DNA of 34,120 nucleotides from Alphaproteobacteria bacterium (GTDB lineage Bacteria; Pseudomonadota; Alphaproteobacteria; Holosporales; JBOFFI01): NCBI GenBank assembly GCA_051657225.1, contig JBOFKH010000255.1, positions 1 to 34,120 of the forward strand, read 5' to 3'. Shown piece by piece: positions 32,983 to 34,120 of this stretch (position 1 is its first letter; each line of letters starts with the position of its first letter). The notes under the pieces were generated by a model. It saw only the letters and a program-made list of their open reading frames with translations, ran no database searches and was not told where the DNA came from. The position numbers and the translations under genes were made by a program.

Positions 32983-34120
32983 TTAAACTGGCTGCATCAC
33001 GCGGTGAAGGCGCTTTAGGCTGAGGGATGGACCCAGAATCTCCAAAATCGTAAAAAGACTGGGAGAAACCGCTTTGCCCGTCACGGCAGCCCGTAAAGGT
33101 TGTGCTAATTGCCCCAGCTTAACCCCTTGAGCCTCCGCAACCTGACGCGCACATGCCTCTAGGTTTTGGGCAGTCCAGTCTCCCGTAATATTTTCAGAAG
33201 CAATCCTAAAGGCTTGGATAAGCGTAAGGTTTGTTTCTGTCAAAAGCATTTTTGCAGCATCATCATAACCTGGAAGATCTTCCCAAAGGTAGAAACCCGC
33301 AGACTCTGCCAACTCAATCAACGTTTTGGCTCGCTCTTTAAGCTCAGGAAGCCCTTTTAAAAGGCGCTCCTGCCCTTGCGGGGTTTTAGGGTAGCCCTGC
33401 TGCTGCAAATAAGGTAAGAGGCTTTCCAGAAGCATATTATCGGCAAGGTGACGCAGGTAGTGGGCATTCATATGGCGCAATTTCGCACCATCAAACCGAG
33501 CTGGGGAACGGCCAACGGCCTCTAAAGAAAACCACGCAATGGCTTGTTCTGTGGATATGAGTTCATCATCCCCATGGCTCCAGCCAAGGCGCAGAAGATA
33601 ATTCCGCATCGCTTCTGGTAAAAAACCTCTATCACGGTAGGCTTCCACCCCCAGTGCACCGTGGCGCTTGGAAAGCTTGGCTCCATCTTCTCCGTGGATA
33701 AGCGGTATATGGGCAAACTGCGGCATATCCCATCCCATCGCGCGATAGAGGTTTCCCTGGCGAAACCCATTGGTGAAATGGTCGTTTCCACGAATGACAT
33801 GGGTAATGCCCATGTCATGGTCATCCACCACCACTGAGAGCATATAGGTAGGCGTGCCATCAGCCCGCAACAGCACCATATCATCCAGCTGACAGTTTTG
33901 AACCCGCACCTCTCCTTGAACCAAATCTTGGATGACGGCTTCTCCCTCCTGGGGCATTTTTAAGCGAACCACGGGTTTTATACCTTCAGGCGCCGCTTCT
34001 GGAGGACGATCCCGCCAGCGCCCATCGTAAAGGGGAGGCTTACCTTCTTTGGCTGCTTGGGTTTTCATAGCCTCCAACTCCTCTGGAGAGCAATAACATA
34101 AATAAGCTTTTCCACGGTTC
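32983..34120 (-). CDS. gltX: Glutamate--tRNA ligase, N-terminus beyond the window edge
   Basis: The frame is open to the window end (upstream residues ..AYLCYCSPEELEAMKTQ). Supporting motifs are PTYMLSVVVDDHDMGITHVIRGNDH and the KMSKS-type KLSKRHGA. The HIGH motif lies outside the window. Confidence 0.93.
   Translation of the reverse strand, partial: NRGKAYLCYCSPEELEAMKTQAAKEGKPPLYDGRWRDRPPEAAPEGIKPVVRLKMPQEGEAVIQDLVQGEVRVQNCQLDDMVLLRADGTPTYMLSVVVDDHDMGITHVIRGNDHFTNGFRQGNLYRAMGWDMPQFAHIPLIHGEDGAKLSKRHGALGVEAYRDRGFLPEAMRNYLLRLGWSHGDDELISTEQAIAWFSLEAVGRSPARFDGAKLRHMNAHYLRHLADNMLLESLLPYLQQQGYPKTPQGQERLLKGLPELKERAKTLIELAESAGFYLWEDLPGYDDAAKMLLTETNLTLIQAFRIASENITGDWTAQNLEACARQVAEAQGVKLGQLAQPLRAAVTGKAVSPSLFTILEILGPSLSLKRLHRVMQPV

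Overview
This window looks like a chromosomal segment of an alphaproteobacterium. The taxon call rests only on gene content and synteny, because no rRNA is present. Supporting points are lon with hupB nearby, xseB-ispA, uvrC-pgsA, plsY-dprA, a short ProRS without an editing insertion, RNase J, and a HIG1-type twin-TM miniprotein. About 85% of the window is ordinary housekeeping: lon, hup, xseB, ispA, phr, uvrC, pgsA, rpsA, tRNA-Met, dsbA-like, trmL, rnj, gst, uppP, proS, typA, plsY, dprA, truA, rodA and gltX. Three things stand out. (1) At 7.6-11.8 kb a ~2 kb tandem duplication with a base-exact junction produced two paralogous genes (7744-9336 and 9767-11485). They share a nearly identical upstream region and an identical 22-aa signal peptide, but their mature regions have diverged almost beyond alignment. 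Both keep the same architecture: signal peptide, ~350-aa ectodomain, Gly-rich TM helix, basic patch, and a Ser/Pro/Tyr-rich tail. Both tails carry the same set of eukaryote-like short motifs (YLEM, Y[EI]E[VI], YAN, YDT[LF], plus PPTY and PxxP). This is my best candidate for an undescribed host-interaction (receptor- or effector-mimic) module. (2) At 17.7-18.7 kb there is a tightly coupled pair of small secreted Cys-rich proteins with tandemly repeated Pro-rich C-termini. (3) A ~150-165 bp MITE-like element with 17-19 bp terminal inverted repeats occurs twice in opposite orientations, and one copy supplies the stop codon of a permease gene. An AT-rich 447-bp divergent intergenic region also holds a perfect DnaA box inside a small palindrome. 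No CRISPR array, rRNA, transposase, integrase or recognisable defence or toxin gene was seen.
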